A DNA stretch of 64,000 bases from the NCBI RefSeq assembly GCF_964355755.1, contig NC_092675.1:31344912-31408911 (forward strand). The letters run 5' to 3'. The notes beneath the pieces were generated by a model. The model was not told the origin of the DNA. It made no database searches and saw only the letters and a list, made by a program, of their open reading frames with translations. A program made the position numbers and the translations under genes. The DNA is from Antedon mediterranea (taxonomy: Eukaryota > Animalia > Echinodermata). This document shows positions 23,401-64,000 of this stretch, in pieces (position 1 is the first letter of the stretch; each line of letters starts with the position of its first letter).

Positions 23401-26400
23401 CCATTTTCACCCCGATTTTAATATATTCTAGGTCAATCAACTAACTTTTGCATGAATTAAAATTTTTTTAATTTTTTTAACGTCATCATGCCTAAAAATT
23501 TAAATTACTTTGGTCATTAATTTCATCTTTACAGTAAATTTTAATCTGTTATAGCTCGTAAGAATAAAATGTGATAATCACGATTAAAACGTTTTCAGGA
23601 AGCTATTGTATTGTAGATACAAAATCATGTGAAAATTGTGCCAATCGAATGTTGTGACGTCATCATATGGCCAGTTATATAAAAAAAGTCGTATTTTCAT
23701 CTTTTGCGTTATATTTCATTACATTTAAAAGAGCGCGCATCAATATTTCACGTATTCAAATTTCTTCTACACGTTAATATGTTGTTGCTGAGATAATTTC
23801 ATTCTGAAATTTCTACTTTTGCATTTCATTTTGAAACCGTCAAGATGTTAAAAATTACAACAAAATACGGGTCCCGTAATTTCACCTATTTTACACTGTT
23901 TGTGATATGTATACAGATTGTACTGTGTATACTATGTATATGACACAAAATAACAGAATTCAGAAATAACATATCATATTCTTCAGTTCTGGTCATAATG
24001 CCTTAATATTTTTCTGTGTGCAATATTCTAACGTATGACGTGCATGTGGCGTTTGTCGAGCGGATAACTAACTCGTCAAAGTGACGAGTTTCATGTCTAG
24101 TTAATTATATACATTGGCCATAGTACAACATTAGTGAAAATTCAATGATGTTATGATATATGCCTAATTCTAATAAATATATTTTATTTATCATTTTTGT
24201 GTTAGTTATATTTAGAATTTTTTTGTATTTGATGTATGAGATCCAAATAAAGTTAATCAATCAATCAATGAGGAAGAGAATCAAATCACTCAATCTTTCA
24301 AACCTGTAGAATAATCTTACTGTTTGTGTTTGATAACAAATGACAGACAACTGAAAAATATTAATGATAGTAAATGACAAGGGGTTACTGACCATCAGTG
24401 TATGTGTTAAAGTTTGGTCGCTGAACCATTCTAACCATTGAGGACATGACTGACTTGACAACATTCTGACGTTTACGACATCTATGACAGACTTCTACAG
24501 CATTCTTAATCCATGTTACAGCATCTTGTATATCTTGTGGGTCAAAGGTCATAATGGCTTGTAAAAAACAAATGGTTCCATAACCAAGAGCATGGTACAT
24601 ACTGTCTTGTGCCCTGAAATTAATAATTAAAAACTGATGATGAAAATTCTTTAAGTTATGTATTCAATTAATTAAGCTATGACCTGTAGCATCTCACTAG
24701 GACTCGTAAGCACACACTGATGCAGTTTATCCATTAAGTGCTTATGTAAATCAGTCTGTTCATAATACATTCACTATATTACAAAACAAACTGCTTGCTT
24801 CAAATTCTTTACAAAATTATTACATTATCATCTGCTAGAATATAAAACACATTGACTGCCTGTAGTTTTTCCATATTGATTGATTGATCACTTCAGAATA
24901 AATATTCCATATATACAACAAACAATACAAAACGGAAAATCACATAAAATAGGATTTGTTCCCATTTAGTGAAGACATTTGAAGATTATAACAGATAGTT
25001 TGTAGTACAAGATCATTTTCACTATTCAGAACCATAGAACATATATATAAAATATTAAATTAGAAATATTTGTTAAAATGAGTACTAACCATGGTCTCAT
25101 CCTCATTTTAGCATCGTTAAAATGGTTGTTAAAAAATAAGTTGAGAGCAATTGTACATTCTTCAATCGCAGTCTCCAAGTCCATCTCGGTTGCCCTGCAA
25201 AGTACAAAAACTATTTTTACACTAATTTTAAATAAGCAAATAATCCAATTTCCTTTTTTTTTGGTTTTAAATAAATAATATATGAATAAGGAATAAGTAG
25301 ATACATGGAGTTAAGTTTAGAAAAATACATATTATTTTAATTTTATGTATTGACTATAATGAAAATCTTTTTGAAATCTAATCTTATACTAATACCAAGT
25401 TACATGACTTTAATCCAAACAAATGAATGAAGGTATTAAATAACACAAGTGTGCTATTTTTTTTCTTTCTTCATATACCAAGTGTAAACATGACTTTAGT
25501 ATGTATGATTAAATTAAATAAACAATAGCCATAAATGGATTGCCTTGAACTCTTGCATGAATTGTATTTTAAATAATCACAATCAATATCAAATTGTCTT
25601 TATGAAAGCGTACCGTATAATTTGTCTTATTATGGATTAATTGAAAACTTCACATAGTATTTACAGTACTTTCACAACATGTATTTATATATATTGCTTC
25701 ACTATTTTGTACCATCAGCTTAGCTCTAGTGGTAAACTGGAGACTTTCCACAAAAAAACAGTATTTTAGGTCAAATGAAATTAAAAATGCCTTCAGACTT
25801 TCTGGAAAATCGTGCATTTTGGGCCAGTGGGATTGTTGGGCAGGTGGGATTATTGGGCCAGTGGGATTGTTGGACCAGTGGGATTGTTGGGCCAGTGGGA
25901 TTGTTGGGCCAGTGGGATTGTTGGGCCAGTGGGATTATTGGGCCAGTGGGATTGTTGGGCCAGCCAAGGGTTAGGAGAGTTGAGTTTATACCATAATCTG
26001 CTGCCTTTTGTATATTTTTACAATTGAATTTACATTCACTAAAAAATATAACTGTATTTTAGTATGTTTCTTTTACAATTATTATTAAAGCATGTTTTTA
26101 TTTTGAGGTATTTATTAAACAATTATATTTATCTGCTGATATTTACAGTTTTATTGCAAAATTCACAATTTATCAATAAAAGTTTTTAATAATGATTTAC
26201 TAAAAGCTAACGTACTGCTTTGCGGAGTTTAGAGTAGCAATTCATTACATGCTAGTAGCAGTGCATTACTGTTCTTAAGAGTGGTTGATTGAAATTTACA
26301 ATTTTAAGCACTGCTTTCCAGTGCTTTAGTAGGATACCATAACTACAATATAATTAGCATAATATCCATAAACATTTGTGATTATATATAGGCCTTTACA

Positions 26401-29400
26401 CTGTTACAATAGTTTAATATAAACTGATAAAATATGAATAGAAAACTGTAAAAACATTGGACAGGTTTGTCACAAATAAATTATCTGAGTTTTGAATGTA
26501 ATTATAATTTTGTATCATTTGTAATTTAGTATTACTACTATAGACTATTATTTATTTATCTCATTATGTAAAGGGTATACAGCACTTTAACTACAGTATG
26601 CTGTCTATTGTATGACAAACTATGTGACGCAGTGAGGCTTACTTTACACTGAATATTTAAGCATTCTACTTAGTGCTTACAGCACATTAGGAACATGACA
26701 GAAATAGCATTAATTATTATATAGCCGTTACTTGGTCTATTCAGTCAAATATCTACATTCCAGAGTTTAGAAATTAAATTATTTTGCCCATATTAATGAT
26801 AAAAAACCAACCAACCAATTTATATTATATTGAATGACATTCAGCAAAACGAATAAAAAATAATAATTTTACTTATAAAGACAAAATAATGGTTAAATTT
26901 AACCAAAAACCCATTGCCTGACAGAAATTCATAACTACAGTATATTCAATAAAAAATTCTTTTAAGAATTATTTTTCAGGTGGGCAAAACATTTTTAATG
27001 TTTTATCTTATAAGTTTCTCTCATAATTTAAAGTATGAACCTTTAAACTGTTATTTTTGTTATAACATTTACATGGTATTATTTATGTTTGTACTGTTTT
27101 TACTGTTGTGTGTTAAGATGGTTAATGATATGATGTGATGATGATATCTGATAAATACCCTTGGCTATTGAAAATGCTAAAGTTCTACCTAGAACACAGA
27201 AATCCTGAATCATGAGTTTACCTTGGTTGGTGCACTACCAGGGTAAGTCCAACCAGGGTAAGTGATGCAGAATGCAAACAGCATCTCAAGACCTACCAAT
27301 ATTAGCAGTTAAACATTTATTTTCCAGGTCGATTTATCCTAATACTAGATAGTACTTATTTAAAATACAAATAATTAAAAATGTTGATTTATTTTGTAAT
27401 ATATATAATTTATATATGAAATGATAAATGTTGAATAATTGTATTCTAATCAATATTGAGTATGTCTTAATTGGAGAAATAGATGGTTTAAGCTACAATG
27501 ACTTGTAAATAAATAATTCAAGACAGGCTGTGCTACTAGGCAATTAAAACCCCATCCATCAAAGTACAAAAGTTATGAAATTCAAAACACGTAAATTGAG
27601 CTGCATTTATAATACATGAACATGAAATATTACAAATAAGACAATACTTAAAACTGATAAGAATTAAGTATGACAGACGCATGGTTGTCAACTAATCAAT
27701 AATTGAAATTGAAGAATATGAAGTACAACAACTATGACACTGACATGTAAATTAACCAATGTCAGCATATCTATAGACATACAACACTTAAATTCCTACC
27801 GTCGCATTGCACTTATACTTTCCACCATCTTTGCGACAATATCCTAAGAATTAACCAGCATATCCTAGGCAGTATACATGCCAATTTGCCCAATATACTT
27901 TAATTATTGGACAACGTATTGATTTTGAACCTACTTAATATTCCTATTTCTAGCCGTCTTAAAAAAATGAAATGATGAATAATTAATGAGCTGATTGTGA
28001 AAGTGGGCGTGTTTTGAAGTGTGATCAAGTGGAACCATCTTAAAGCTTGTCCACTTTATACAGCCATGGAGCAACAGAAATTGTGTTTTCTCCGTGATAC
28101 AGCCATGGAGCAACAGAAATTGTGTTTGCTCCGTGGTACAGCCATGGAGCAACACAAATTGTGTTTGCTCCGTGGTACAGCCATTTCAATACAGCTATAA
28201 CCTGTACTTTCAGGTCAAATAGTGGGAATGTTATGTGTTTCATTTAATATAACACATTAGGACATTAAATAATTATTTGTATACATTAAGCTAGATCAGT
28301 TCTAATTTACATTCCTTTATTTTCAAAGACATAAAACACAATTGCCCCACCCCTAAATGTGGTTAAATACAATAGAACTGTAGCTAAAGTTCAGCACATT
28401 TTGTTCTATTTTAAAATCATGGATCTGCTACTGAATGTTATGATAAATTTTGCCTGAATTAAGCACAGTACACCAGATTACAGGGCATACATTATATTAT
28501 TTAACAATATGAATTAAAACTGTGTGAATAAACTGAACAAGATTAATATACTCACACTGGAATTTCCTCTAGTGCATCTTCAAACTGAAAAATAGAACAT
28601 AAACATCATTTAATTGTGAAAATTACAGCTACATCTCAGGTGATATAGATTGGATTTTTTAAACTTATAGATAGACTATGGCTGTGTTTCCGCAGCCAAA
28701 AATTAACCGAGAATTAACTGATAATTGATTTAAACAACCTGTGGAAACGGGGTTTAACCGATTCCACTCAAAAAAAATTCAAATCATATAAATACAATAA
28801 CTTTTAACCTTTGACCTGAAGCACCAATTGTAGCGATTGGGCATCTGGTTGTTTGGTAATGACTGATCATGCGCACTTTATTGGTCAAAAAATGAATCGA
28901 TAATTTTGTTTTGCCTGCAGAAACACGGTCTTAGATACTGTTATGGGCGACTTTGGTCGCTGTTGGATGGATGAAGACGAAATACTGTCATTCAATTGAC
29001 AAAACCATTTCATCTACAATTCAACAAAACCATTACCCTACAGCAATAAAAAATAGTTGTTCTTTTTAAATGCTGTATTTAATCTATAAACAGGGCTGAA
29101 AATTAACCTTTAAACCATAGTGGCCAGCAGGGCCAGTTGAAGTTGAAGGATGGTCGCCCTTATTAAAAATGGCTGGCCCTTATTAATTTTTTGTAAATTT
29201 TTTTTTTGCCCCAAGGGGGGGGGGGGATTTATCCCCACCCCTCCCAATTATATCATTTATTACTTTTGATAATTAAATTACTCTCCCCAAAATTTCTCCC
29301 CCCCCCCCCCCCACACCCACATTCACACACAATCTTTATTTTCAGTGGGGATCGTCATTGAAAAAAATCAATCCAATTTTTTATATGGCCTGGGTAGGCC

Positions 29401-31301
29401 TAGATTGGGTTTCAGGAGCCTGCCTGCCTGGAGAATCCTGACCAACATGTCTTTAGCCTAGGCCTAGCTTTTCTAGCCTAGCTTGTTGGCCTAGAAATCA
29501 GACAAAAAACTACCTGTATTTCATAAATTATACAATTCTAACATGCAATAGCCATTAAAATATTGATAATAAGTTACAAAGTATCATTTTAAAATAATTA
29601 AGAAAGATATTTAATCGTGTTTACATGTGTCACACATGCACGCACAATTGGGGAGAGCTACCTCTCTGCTGAGAGGGAGCTTCTAGAAGATGATGACATC
29701 ACACGTCAGCACGTGTTTTGAGGAGGATTTGAGTGACCAAAATTGGTTGGAACTTTTGAAGAAATAATCCATCAATGACAACTAGGCCTAAGCTTTTTAA
29801 ATAATAAACATTATATTTAGGCCTCCTATTAATGTTTCCTTTTAAAATTAAATATATTTTATAAACTCGTTCCATAAAAACATCCAGTAAGCATAAAAGG
29901 AACAATTATTGGTTGCTGTAAAGGAGGTATTTCTATGACACCGTACTGGATGCACTATGAGGCGATGAAGTAAACTCGCCCTTGAATGCAGGCAGGGGAA
30001 TCCCCTTGTTTGGTACCTAACCTTGCACTGTGAGAGATGGAGCGATTAATATTGCTCTCCTTGAAGGTTGTTGATCGCGCTGGCGATCCTTAAAAACGAG
30101 GGACTGCTTGTAGCTTATAACTTAGCTTATATATTATTACCCTAGGCCTAGATTAGTTATAAAAGGTAGGTGGATGCAATTTCTGGAAGTCGCCAGACGG
30201 GTCGACCATTACACAATTAATACTCGCCCTTACCAAATAAAGGTCGCCATTGGCGACCGGGCGACCGTTAATTTTCAGCCCTGTATAAATGTAACGTAGG
30301 TGCAGTTAATATTCCTAAATTCCAATTCTTTATTACATAAAAGCAATTTACCACAGCATACTATTGTTCAATGTACCACTATAGTTATGATCCAAATATA
30401 ACTTAAATGTAAATCAAACAAATACAATGAATGTTATTTTATGTCATGAATGTTATAATTATTTTTCTCATTAAGAGATGGGAATTATTATAATTCCTGA
30501 AATATTAGTTTTATTGCTGTAATAATAATTTAATTTATAACTTTATTATTGACAATGCAATGTTTTGTGTGAAATAAAAACCATGAAACGATGAAATAAA
30601 CAATAAATGTAATGTTTTGCTTTAAATAAATTATAGTATTGCTCCATTGATTAAACAAACAATATAACATGTAATGTAGTGTTGCTTAAATTTCAATAAT
30701 TGCCCAATCATTGCCTTCTGGTTTACAGAAACTAATGCTCTTTTCATGAAAAATTATGAAATGAAGAGATTTGCATAGTTTAGTTATCAACCTGAGACTT
30801 AAAATGACATCATTTTGTTGAGGGGAGGTCTTAGTAAGATCAAGCACTTTTTTAGCCTCTTTTATAACGTTTATTCTTGTTTATTATATAATAATAATTG
30901 TGTTTATTGATAATACCAAGTGTACCACGTTTCCCCCATCATTTTTGTTGCACAAAAAGCAAGGTACACCACTCCATACTACTATACTTTATCTACAAAC
31001 AGAGGGCTGGTTGGATGCGAAATGTACAGTACTACTACATATTTCTGCAATATATATGTTTGGTGATGATAACGAATACTCGCATAACTAACTAAATGCA
31101 TGAAAAATGTATGATCTTGCATGTGTTTATGCAAAATGCATGTTTCTAAAAATCACTTTGAAATGCGGGACCGTTGGTTGGTAACTGTGGATTTGTGTTG
31201 GGAGTCTGACAGTAACACAAATAGGAAACATGCGGAGTATAATAAAATACCTCATCTTCCTCGTCATCAGGGTTTTCAAGTTTTTGCTTCAACGATGTCA
31301 T
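17422..31301 (-). CDS. TTC39: Tetratricopeptide repeat protein 39 family (TTC39A/B-like, Iml2/DUF3808 type), complete, about 654 aa
   Basis: Coding exons: 31301-31251 (MTSLKQKLENPDDEEDE), 28584-28556 (FEDALEEIPV), 25194-25090, 24613-24393 (SMYHALGYGTICFLQAIMTFDPQDI), 22300-22168 (VHGELCYAESLLQRAMMSFIQDENLVSFIKGGMKIR), 21807-21708 (ESGVKLGIGTFNL), 21463-21398 (MISMLPKKILRLLEFVGFSGNR), 21088-20980, 20432-20305 (YPNGALFLFYAGR), 19769-19608 (QEWKQFHHLCFWELMWC), 19272-19066 (IAGKSVPYEKFAV), 18790-18679 (ELIYVWNGF), 18366-18249 (LLKGMCLRYL), 18101-17985, 17728-17422 (YPLENRLHFRMHSA...stop). All junctions are GT-AG and in phase. Confidence 0.95.
21848..21955. repeat. 53-bp tandem duplication
   Basis: aatctacttatcaactttatgttatctagtcttaat...aaggtcgtag x2. 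Confidence 0.85.
22511..24102 (+). mobile_element. Non-autonomous Helentron/Helitron2-like (HINE/DINE-type) rolling-circle element
   Basis: 5' hairpin gttatccgct-tagt-agcggataac; 13-bp subTIRs ttagttatccgct (22514) / agcggataactaa (24059); 3' hairpin aactcgtca-aag-tgacgagtt followed by ctagtt; internal ~355-bp diverged tandem duplication (near 23250 and 23610); no TSD seen. Confidence 0.75.
25819..25962. repeat. ~17-bp tandem repeat x8
   Basis: Unit gggccagtgggattgtt; explains the three overlapping repetitive ORFs here. Confidence 0.92.
27800..27828 (-). CDS. TTC39: Candidate alternative first coding exon of TTC39 (MVESISAMRR)
   Basis: ATG in AAAG-ATG-G context, 29 nt to a CG|gtagga donor, phase 2, in frame with exon 25194-25090. 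Confidence 0.4.
28058..28185. repeat. 39-bp tandem repeat x3
   Basis: Unit tacagccatggagcaacagaaattgtgtttgctccgtgg. Confidence 0.88.
28680..28930. mobile_element. Degenerate ~250-bp MITE (possibly PIF/Harbinger-like)
   Basis: Imperfect TIRs ggctgtgtttccgcagccaaaa / ttttgcctgcagaaacacggtc; TSD not clean. Confidence 0.5.
29091..30283. mobile_element. Second, inverted and uninterrupted copy of the hAT-like 6-bp-TSD element
   Basis: Same TIRs, TSD tataaa on both sides; internal sequence is the reverse complement of 10470-11037 plus 12113-12758. Confidence 0.92.
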
Positions 31302-31760
31302 CTTGTCTTGTTCTGTTGAATACCGATGACTGAAAAAAAACCAATAATTAATTTTATGATTATGATTAAATTCAAATAATTATAATTAAATTGATGGCTA
31401 GAAGCTTAGACAGACAACAAAGAGGAACTTCATGTAAAACATTTTTAATAAATCACAGTAGCCTAGACTGAATATAAAAAGTACATTGATTTTAAAGTTA
31501 GGCCTAGAGAGTCTAGGCCTCTAATGCCAAAATGGTCAAAATCTAAAGGGTAGAGGCTACACTACACATTCATTTGAACAGTCAACAAGATATTCACCCG
31601 GTCAATTCTAGCCTAACTTTGAGTCTAAAATAGAGTCATTTAGGGCATTCGGGTGATTGAACTCTACAGCAACTTTACTACTGTCCGCGCATTTTATAAT
31701 GTAAATAATAAACATAATTTCTACACGATTAACCAATTATTTTCATTCATTCAAGCTTAC

Positions 31761-31890
31761 CGTGTCGAACAAAATCTGCAGTCAGTCAAAAAAATAAGTT
31801 TCGATGTTGTGTGCGTTAACGCCCTCTATAGTTCAGTAAAGAACTTAACTCCAGTTTGTTGATGCTCGTACTTAATTATGGTTGCCATAA
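31761..31890 (-). other. TTC39: Probable non-coding first exon / promoter region of TTC39
   Basis: Strong donor (G|gtaagc) at 31760. The next exon, 31329-31251, has a clear acceptor (tttttttcag) upstream of the ATG. The region is locally richer in CpG. The 5' boundary is a guess. Confidence 0.5.
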
Positions 31891-34800
31891 ATACTAATTC
31901 AACGATGTTTTTTATAAAATTGATATAGCCTATAGTAATTAAATTGTAATATTTGAATCAATTGGTGATTATTTTCAGGTAATTAATAACTGTGACACTG
32001 TATGTTTACATTTATATTTCACAACTTTTATTTTGGTAATTATAAAATATTGTTATAATATTGTTATTGGAATTTTTTGATTAGTTTTGTGAAATAATTT
32101 TTGTACTTTTTGATATTGATGTTTTTTAATAACAAATTAATTCTAAATCTGGCTACAAGTTTGCAGAATCGTTTTATTAATCAGCTTAATTTTTTCTGTG
32201 GTACTTGGTCCCGTACTTGGTATTTCTTCCTTATCTGAAGTGAAGCTATATGATTGGGAGCAGGTGGAATGTTGGAGCTAAATTCAGCAAAATCTTTATG
32301 ACAATGACAAAGAGGGTGTATTAAAAACTGCTCTTGGCTTTAAGGAGAAGACTACTACCAGTGGATTCTACACATAAATGAGTAGGAAGATATTCTATTC
32401 AATATAAACATTAAAAACACCAAAATAATCAAATTTTTTGTATTGGCGTTGCTGGTTTGCTCACAAATTATACTAAAATGGCGGCCATCATTATTACACT
32501 CAATAAAAGCAAAACAAAATGATTTCATTCAAATTTATTACAAATCAAAACTTTGGATTCTCTTGATTTTTTCATTTTATTACAGCATTTTTTTACGACT
32601 TGAGAATGAGAACTCTTTAAATAAATTAAATTTGCAATATTTGTTTGTAAACACGACGACAGGAATAAAGCTAGATCTACTACTAGTCTACAGTACTTGA
32701 ACAATGGTGACTACATCAGGCATGCACAGCTTACATTTAAACACATTCTTCAATACATAACTCACATACTTAAAATGCGAGGGTTAGCAGATATCAAAGC
32801 AAATGTTGAGACAAAATATAAATCTATTATTAATGTATAATTTTAACAAGATCGGTGATCCTTTATTTTGTCTCACAAACCTGACCTTAGCACCGAATTC
32901 CATTTCTAAACAATCTGTTCCATTGCTTTAAGATATCTACAGCCTTCAGAAGCTGCATACAAAACATATGTAGGCTCACCGTCAGAACCACCGTAATAAA
33001 CCTATTTTTCATGTACATTGGTTAACATTAATTTTAATGCAAACATCATCCTTGACATTTAAACATTATTACGCATGCAATCGGTATTTTATACATTTTA
33101 GCCTGAGTTCATTGTGAATCTACTTCAAAATTTAATTGTAAATACTTTTTGTTTTTGTTTCGTTTATTTCTTTGTGGGTCCTATATTTATAAATAAAAAC
33201 TCATAAAGTGATAAATCTCACCACAAAATTAACAAAAACAAACAGACATACCTAGGCAGGTTTTTAAAATATATGCGGTGGTGCTAAATGATATTAAAAA
33301 ATTGCTTTTAAACTGTTTTTTTTTTCTTTCTGGTATTAACCTGAGTTATTCTTTAACACACTACACACCAGGCTGCTACCCAACAAACTATACAATAGGC
33401 CTTTTGTTTACTTGATTGCACTCAACACTATGGGTTGTCATGGAAATCCTATTGGTCATAAAATATACTACCGTACTGTTAAAAAAAGGCTGGATTGTTA
33501 TTATTCACAACAAAATAAAAAAAATCAGTTTATATGCAAATTAAAATATCAATATTATATATTCAGGCCATATTTTTATATTTATCAGTATGACATAGGC
33601 TCCTCCAATAGGTTGTCATTGAACAACTAAATTAAGCATTGTTGATTTAGTAAAAACTGTAATAAAAAATGCAAAATAAGTACACAATTTAAATTGTGTG
33701 TACAAAGTGTGAGGTTGCATCATTTGTTTACTCCACTGTCGGCCTTACAAACGCAATCAGTACTGTACTGCCCTCTATTGGAATGTGGTTTAAGTAAAAA
33801 TGTAAAAAACAAGACATTTTAACCCGACCCTGAAACAATTAAGTTCTCAATCTATCTGAAAACATTAAATGGAAGAAGTATATAAAACCGAATCGCCACT
33901 TCCAACAGCAATAAATCATTAAGATATTCGACATGGCCTGAACATTGTAATGACATAAATTAACATAGGTGTTGTATTATGACCAAAACATTATACATTG
34001 AGGGCATTTCAACATAGCCAGAACATACAGCAATTATGTAAAAAACATTAAAAAGCACTGTAACACATAGGTGTTGTACATGACCAGAACATTAATGCAA
34101 CCATTGAGAAAAGCTAAAACATGTTTAAGCATGCCTCCATGCTAAAAGCAATCATGTTCAACATTATTGATTGTCAGCATATGCTGTTTAGGGCCACCTA
34201 AAATGTGTGTTCAACATGTTCTGGACATTACAAATCATTAATCCTGTAAAGCATTAATCATGTGACACATATGTGTTCATGGCCAGGACATATTGACATA
34301 ATAGAAGGTAGGTCTGCCGAACAGAGAAGCCATTACAAGCATTACATTATTTGTAACATTTTTTAAAATACACTACAAACTTAAAATATGACCTATAACA
34401 TTTAGGCATACAATAAAATAACAATCCAAAGGGCTAATTTAAAAGGCTTCTTATGTATACTTTAAAATTGTTTATATTTAAAAATTGTTCATTAAAACAA
34501 ACTAACATCTCTCCAATGTTGGTAGAATAGATAACATACATTAAAATACTACTGTATATCTTTCTATTGATTCTGTAACATTTAGTTTGAATAATTATTT
34601 TATCAAAATATCGGGATGCTTTTAGTGAAATGAGGAATTTACTGGTCATGCAATTTGCATACAAAATTGATTTTTTTAATGCCTAAGCAATATGTTCTAT
34701 ATTCCATTCAGTACCAGTACAATTCTAATATATTTCAAAAACTTAATAAATCATTTTTTAAATTTAAAAGTAATTACAAATTTGTATTTGCTGTTTGTAT

Positions 34801-35621
34801 TTAATAATCATAATCTTTTGGGAAAGAAGTCAACCAATTCAAGAATGATTTTATTTATTCCTTGAACAAAATGGAAGACGCACACTAAACCAAAATAACA
34901 TTAAATAAAAGAGAGCAACAGAGGGTTTTAAAATACTTTGCTTTCTAGATTTAAAATGTGAGGTAGTTACTTTAGCTGCCCAGTGGTATTTGAGCAGTTA
35001 TCTAATATTAACAATAATAAATATAAACCAACATATTAAAACAAGAACCTGCTAACATTCAACCAATTAATCTGAATCACACTCCTTGCAACACACACAC
35101 ACTCCATTTCATCGTCACTCTCAATTGGTAAGCTGCCTCTGATGACTAGGGACAATTCATTTATAAATTGTAAACAAAAAAACTTGCAGCAGCGACCATC
35201 AACCACTACTAATAATGCAAACTTTACATTACAATGATCAAAATGAAGAATAGTATGTTTAAAAACATGAAGTATGTACAATGATTTGAACCCTTCTGGA
35301 AACTATGAATGTCATATTTATCATTAGTTTCTCATCTTTTAAATCTTGCTTTGTAAAGCAAGTAGCACCAGCAACATAATGCCATAAAACAACAAAATTG
35401 CAGACATCAAATATTAGATGCAAAAAGGTATGATGTTCATAATTATGGTTATGCACATGCATTTCATATTGTTATATTTTGTAGTTGAATTGCGTAACTT
35501 ATGAGCAACCTGATGAAAGACTCGACGACGGTGGCAATACGTTGGCAATCACCTTGGAAACATCACAACCTTGAACATATAAACGGAAAAATGCGACCCA
35601 ATCACGTTTCCATTCCAGGAG

Positions 35622-63926
<28,305 letters not shown>

Positions 63927-64000
63927 TTAAATACAATGAATATAATATTTCATTCCTTCTTTTATCATGAAACAATTTGTACAGTCTTTTACACTTTACA

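Noticed and set aside
25729-26027. Three overlapping Gly/Trp-rich ORFs
   Set aside because: Artefact of a stop-free ~17-bp tandem repeat.
31826-31888. Upstream ATG extending the TTC39 N-terminus
   Set aside because: In-frame TAG at 31828-31826; at most a uORF, and it may lie upstream of the TSS.

Overview
AT-rich, intron-rich genomic DNA from an invertebrate-type animal, not prokaryotic. Three minus-strand genes lie in tandem, each rebuilt by hand with GT-AG junctions and consistent phase: the 3' part of a ZSWIM4/5/6-family gene (12 exons, 63916->35622), a complete TTC39-family gene (15 coding exons, 31301->17422, about 654 aa) and the 5' part of AP3D1 (AP-3 delta; 15113->2328, continuing off the left end). 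The main finding is an apparent alternative-splicing system in AP3D1. Exon 4 is present as two intact, diverged 108-nt copies (4a/4b). Exon 9 has a candidate same-length, same-phase 50-nt alternative (9b). Each pair is followed by a cluster of UGCAUG (Rbfox) motifs, seven of them supplied by a 19-bp tandem repeat. TTC39 carries an FFAT-like motif whose core lies on a 29-nt micro-exon, and a candidate alternative first exon would bypass it. The introns hold nested non-autonomous DNA transposons (hAT-like with 5- and 6-bp TSDs, an IS3EU-like foldback, a Helentron-like, a Kolobok-like and a Mutator-like element) and two multi-kb satellites (44-bp and 56-bp units). Most entries in the ORF track are spurious.
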